Below are positions 60,671 to 64,000 of a stretch of 64,000 nt of DNA, one piece after another. Each line of letters begins with the position of its first letter. The stretch's first letter is position 1. The stretch comes from Candidatus Babeliales bacterium (lineage in GTDB: Bacteria; Babelota; Babeliae; Babelales; Vermiphilaceae). The notes beneath the pieces were generated by a model. It was not told where the DNA came from and did not search any database. It was given only the letters and a program-made list of their open reading frames with translations. The stretch is from contig CAVUQO010000002.1 in assembly GCA_963743635.1 (NCBI GenBank), forward strand, positions 384,001-448,000, in the 5' to 3' direction. Both the position numbers and the translations under genes were made by a program.

Positions 60671-61447
60671 ATGATTTCAATCAATCGCACTGCGCTCACG
60701 CTCATTATGCTCGCATCATGCATCGGCTTTAACACCGTGTGTGAAATGGCAAAAGAGGCGCGGGAAAAAGGGTTTGTGTATCTGCATGAAGTGGATCCGA
60801 CCATTCAGGTTTCACTCCGTTATTATGGCAATGAAAATTTTCTGGGGCGCACGGTGAAGGGCTATAAAAAACCAGTCCTGATGATGACGCGGCAGGCAGC
60901 GCAGGCGTTACAGAAGGTGCAGCAGGACGTCAAAAAAGATGGGTATAGTTTGCTCGTGTATGATGCATACCGCCCGCAACAAGGCGTCGATAACTTCATG
61001 AGTTGGAGCATAGACGTTAATGATCAGGTGCGAAAGCATCAATACTACCCACGCGTCGATAAAGCTCGTGTATTTGAGTTGGGGTACGTAGCCGAACGCT
61101 CAGGGCACACCAGAGGCAGCACCGTTGACCTTACGCTCATCAAAGATGGCGAACCGATTCATAACATCGTAGAAAAAAAACGTACGCTCTTGGACGGATT
61201 TACCATCACATTCCTCGACGATGGTTCGGTTGACATGGGTTCATCATTTGATCTTTTTGACGTGGCATCCCATTTTGAAAATGATCTGATTCCTGCAGAA
61301 TTTAAAAAAATAAGAACGTATTTGCGTGATGTGATGGTCAAGCATGGGTTTAAGACAGTTCCGGAAGAATGGTGGCATTTCACATTAAAAGATGAGCCGT
61401 ACCCAGCGACGCGCGATAGCAGTTATTTCAACTTTCCGATTGAGTGA
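60671..61447 (+). CDS. ddpX: D-Ala-D-Ala dipeptidase (M15D, VanX/DdpX family)
   Basis: YDAYRP, SGHTRGSTVDLT, DMGSSFD, EEWWHF; signal peptide. Confidence 0.92.
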   Translation: MISINRTALTLIMLASCIGFNTVCEMAKEAREKGFVYLHEVDPTIQVSLRYYGNENFLGRTVKGYKKPVLMMTRQAAQALQKVQQDVKKDGYSLLVYDAYRPQQGVDNFMSWSIDVNDQVRKHQYYPRVDKARVFELGYVAERSGHTRGSTVDLTLIKDGEPIHNIVEKKRTLLDGFTITFLDDGSVDMGSSFDLFDVASHFENDLIPAEFKKIRTYLRDVMVKHGFKTVPEEWWHFTLKDEPYPATRDSSYFNFPIE

Positions 61448-61506
61448 TGATTGATATACTGAGGAGGCGCTTACAACGAGCGCCTTGTTAAATGAGGAGT
61501 AAAAAT

Positions 61507-61950
61507 ATGAAAAAAATAGTAAGCGTAGTTCTGATAAGTGCGCTGTGCAATCAATGCATGTATGCAATGGATGGCAAGAATTCACCGCACGTAGGCATTC
61601 AAGTAGGGTGCTGTAATTGGGCGGGATTAGCCGCTGGTCTGGGTGCGATACATGAAGATCACGCGTCGCGGCCTATTATTGTCCGTCGGGAAGCAAAAGA
61701 AGAAAATGAACAGTCGCGTACACCGGAACTGATTAGGATGGCATCTTCATTAGCAGCTGGTTTGGTTGAGATACGGCAAAATCGTGTTTTGGCACCAGCG
61801 GCATTAGAAGTGCAGATCCCAAATCTTGCGAGCGTAGCAGCTACGCCAGAGCACCGATCAGAAGAGGATGAATGGGATTTTTCGATTGCCCTAGATCTGG
61901 ATGAATCGGGTTCCGATTGGGTGACGGTGGGTGGAGAAAAAAAGGAATAA
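61507..61950 (+). CDS. Secreted hypothetical protein with acidic W-containing C-terminus
   Basis: Signal ends MYA|MDG; GAGGAG RBS; tail EEDEWDF...SDWVTV. Confidence 0.7.
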   Translation: MKKIVSVVLISALCNQCMYAMDGKNSPHVGIQVGCCNWAGLAAGLGAIHEDHASRPIIVRREAKEENEQSRTPELIRMASSLAAGLVEIRQNRVLAPAALEVQIPNLASVAATPEHRSEEDEWDFSIALDLDESGSDWVTVGGEKKE

Positions 61951-62000
61951 AGGAAGTATAATTAAAAAGGCCCTGAGTTAAATCTCGGGGCCTTTTAGTT

Positions 62001-62204
62001 TTAAGGTACGTTCTCGGAGGATTCTTGAATCTCATATTCCGGCCGTTTTTTTAAGTGGGGGGGTGCCAAGAGGATTGCGAGCTGAGATGAGATATACACC
62101 ATTCCTCCGCCCAATCCGCCCATGAACTGGCTCGCTATAAGAAGCCCAAAGAAATTAAGCACTGTGATTATAGAATATAGCACTATTTTTCCACCGGTCG
62201 TCAT
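62001..62204 (-). CDS. Small membrane protein
   Basis: Strong GAGGAG RBS; hydrophobic segments with GGLGGG. Confidence 0.5.
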   Translation of the reverse strand: MTTGGKIVLYSIITVLNFFGLLIASQFMGGLGGGMVYISSQLAILLAPPHLKKRPEYEIQESSENVP

Positions 62205-62346
62205 ACTATCTCCTCATGTGCTTTTAAAATAGATGATGATGCTAGTGAGCTAATGAGTGCAGAGTCAATGATAACTTGCATGTATCATCAAAATCATACT
62301 AGAATCAGACCAATCTTTTCTTCTGTCTAAAAATAAGGAACAAACA

Positions 62347-63732
62347 ATGAATGTACAAAAATCTCTCATCGCACTCAGTATCCAATTGCTCATTTCATGG
62401 TCAGCGCTTGATGCCGCACCATTTGTGTATGTTGCCAATGACGGTAGCTCGTCATTCTCGGTCATTGATGAAGCAAACGAAAATGCTATTGCAGGATCGC
62501 CTTTTGCGGTGCCTGATTATGCCAATCTCGTTGCGGTTGCCATATCACCCGATAATAGTACCGCATATATGATCGATCAAGCTAATGGTACGTTAATTGC
62601 CATTGATATCGCGAGCAATAACATTCTCAGCACTACGAGTTTGAATCTTATGCCTATTATATGTCAGTCGCATTTTATGATTACGCCATATGCAAGCGCT
62701 ATCGCCATCAATGGCAGTACTGCATATATAGGGATATCGGGAAGTAATAACGGGCAACTATACCTTATGCCCGTTGATATTTCAGATCCATCAGCGCCTA
62801 TTTTGGGAACACCTATTCTTCTCCTTCAGTCTGGCATACCTACGAATTGTGTAACATTTCAAATTAATGACATTGTTATTTACAACAATATTGCCTACAT
62901 AACGAGTTCGGATCCGTTGCATGGTTACGAGTATGCTTATGATTACCTATATGGCCACGCTGACCCCATTCTGAATACTATTAATCTTACAACCTTGGCT
63001 CAAAACTATCTTGGGTTGCCTTCTTCAGATCCAATTGGTATTGCCATTGCCAGCAATATGAATACTGCGTACGTGGTCTACAGTGATCTTGATAGTGTAC
63101 AAGCGATTGATCTTGCGACCCTCACGTTCGTAGGAAATCAAATTCCCGTCGACATAAGCCCTACGGGCATTGCAATCACCTCTGATAATCATTATGCATA
63201 TGTGGCAAATAGTGGTAATAACGATGTAAGCGTTATTGACCTTACCTTGGCTACACCGAGCGTAGTAGCAACCATTCCAATAGGAAATAGTCCATCAATG
63301 AGTGGGCAAAGCATTATATTCTCCGCCGATAATAAAACGGCATATGTGGCATGTAATAGTCAAGGCATTGTTCCCATTGATGTAGCAACACAATCAGTTG
63401 GTGCGCCTATACTGGCGGGAGGAGATGCTGCATATGCTCTTGCAACAACGTTGACGTATGCTCCGAGTGCCGCGACCGGCGTTCGCAGATGCAATGTGTT
63501 TCTCCTTCAGACAGCGCGCATCTTAACGATCACGTGGAGTGCAAGTATTACTCCTGGTGTAACCTCATATAATATTTATAACGGCACCACGCTCGTGGGA
63601 ACGGTGCCCGCAACATGCCCACTCACCTTTAATGCACTCATTCCGAACTGCGATACTGGCAACAACTTTTTCGTGAGTGCGGTGAGCGCATTCGGCGGAG
63701 AAAGTGCATTGACGCCAGTGGTGGTTCAATAA
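62347..63732 (+). CDS. Secreted YncE/YVTN beta-propeller protein with C-terminal FN3-like domain
   Basis: YVAN, AISPD, PTGIAIT repeats; N.FLLQT...ITW C-terminal domain. Confidence 0.88.
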   Translation: MNVQKSLIALSIQLLISWSALDAAPFVYVANDGSSSFSVIDEANENAIAGSPFAVPDYANLVAVAISPDNSTAYMIDQANGTLIAIDIASNNILSTTSLNLMPIICQSHFMITPYASAIAINGSTAYIGISGSNNGQLYLMPVDISDPSAPILGTPILLLQSGIPTNCVTFQINDIVIYNNIAYITSSDPLHGYEYAYDYLYGHADPILNTINLTTLAQNYLGLPSSDPIGIAIASNMNTAYVVYSDLDSVQAIDLATLTFVGNQIPVDISPTGIAITSDNHYAYVANSGNNDVSVIDLTLATPSVVATIPIGNSPSMSGQSIIFSADNKTAYVACNSQGIVPIDVATQSVGAPILAGGDAAYALATTLTYAPSAATGVRRCNVFLLQTARILTITWSASITPGVTSYNIYNGTTLVGTVPATCPLTFNALIPNCDTGNNFFVSAVSAFGGESALTPVVVQ

Positions 63733-63931
63733 TCCGCCGCTTTCGTAACATACGCGGGCCAGATTATCCCTATGATCTGGCCCGCAGTGTATCACGCAAT
63801 AGTGCTGAGCGCGGAGGCGGACTCTTTCGTGGCTACGCCATTTTATCGATTAAATCGACATATCATTGAAATTGAGCCAACCAACCTGATAGTATACCGC
63901 TAGGGATTACGATATTAGGACGGGGGGTTCT

Positions 63932-64000
63932 ATGAACAATAAAAGGGGTTTGATTCTGCTGTGTGCAGGCATAGGAATGATGAGTTATAAAGCGTGGGGT
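63932..64000 (+). CDS. 5' end of a signal-peptide protein (runs off window)
   Basis: MNNKRGLILLCAGIGMMSYKAWG after a G-rich RBS. Confidence 0.5.
   Translation, partial: MNNKRGLILLCAGIGMMSYKAWG

Overview
AT-rich bacterial chromosomal window. Gene content and style suggest Candidatus Dependentiae (TM6/Babelota), obligate intracellular parasites of protists; this is an inference from many signal-peptide ORFans, ankyrin and YVTN proteins, and an ATP-dependent ligase. Housekeeping genes include sbcC (partial), pmm/pgm-nfo-gap, RNase HI, SpoIID, putP, prs, tatD, HU, serS, hemW, secD, pgsA-plsY, lig, rsmG, MATE, gatCA, dus, mreC, ddpX and three tRNAs. They are interleaved with arrays of small secreted proteins and a dense family of nested REP-like palindromic repeats. 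Main points of interest: (1) an 11-22.6 kb array of about 13 hyper-divergent secreted proteins that share a beta-strand pattern, plus decaying remnants; (2) predicted signal-peptide cleavage exposes eukaryote-like new N-termini, either Met (17 proteins, mostly M-E/D/N/Q) or G-x-x-x-S myristoylation-like motifs (GACMSR, GQSNSK, GLRISK); (3) a PRPP synthetase carrying a signal peptide; (4) two conserved-leader/variable-payload cassette arrays at 36-38 kb and 56.5-58.3 kb; (5) YVTN propellers with variable blades and a shared C-terminal domain. Clustered frameshifts at about 29.9-43.9 kb are probably sequencing errors. No CRISPR array, rRNA, transposase or reverse transcriptase was seen.
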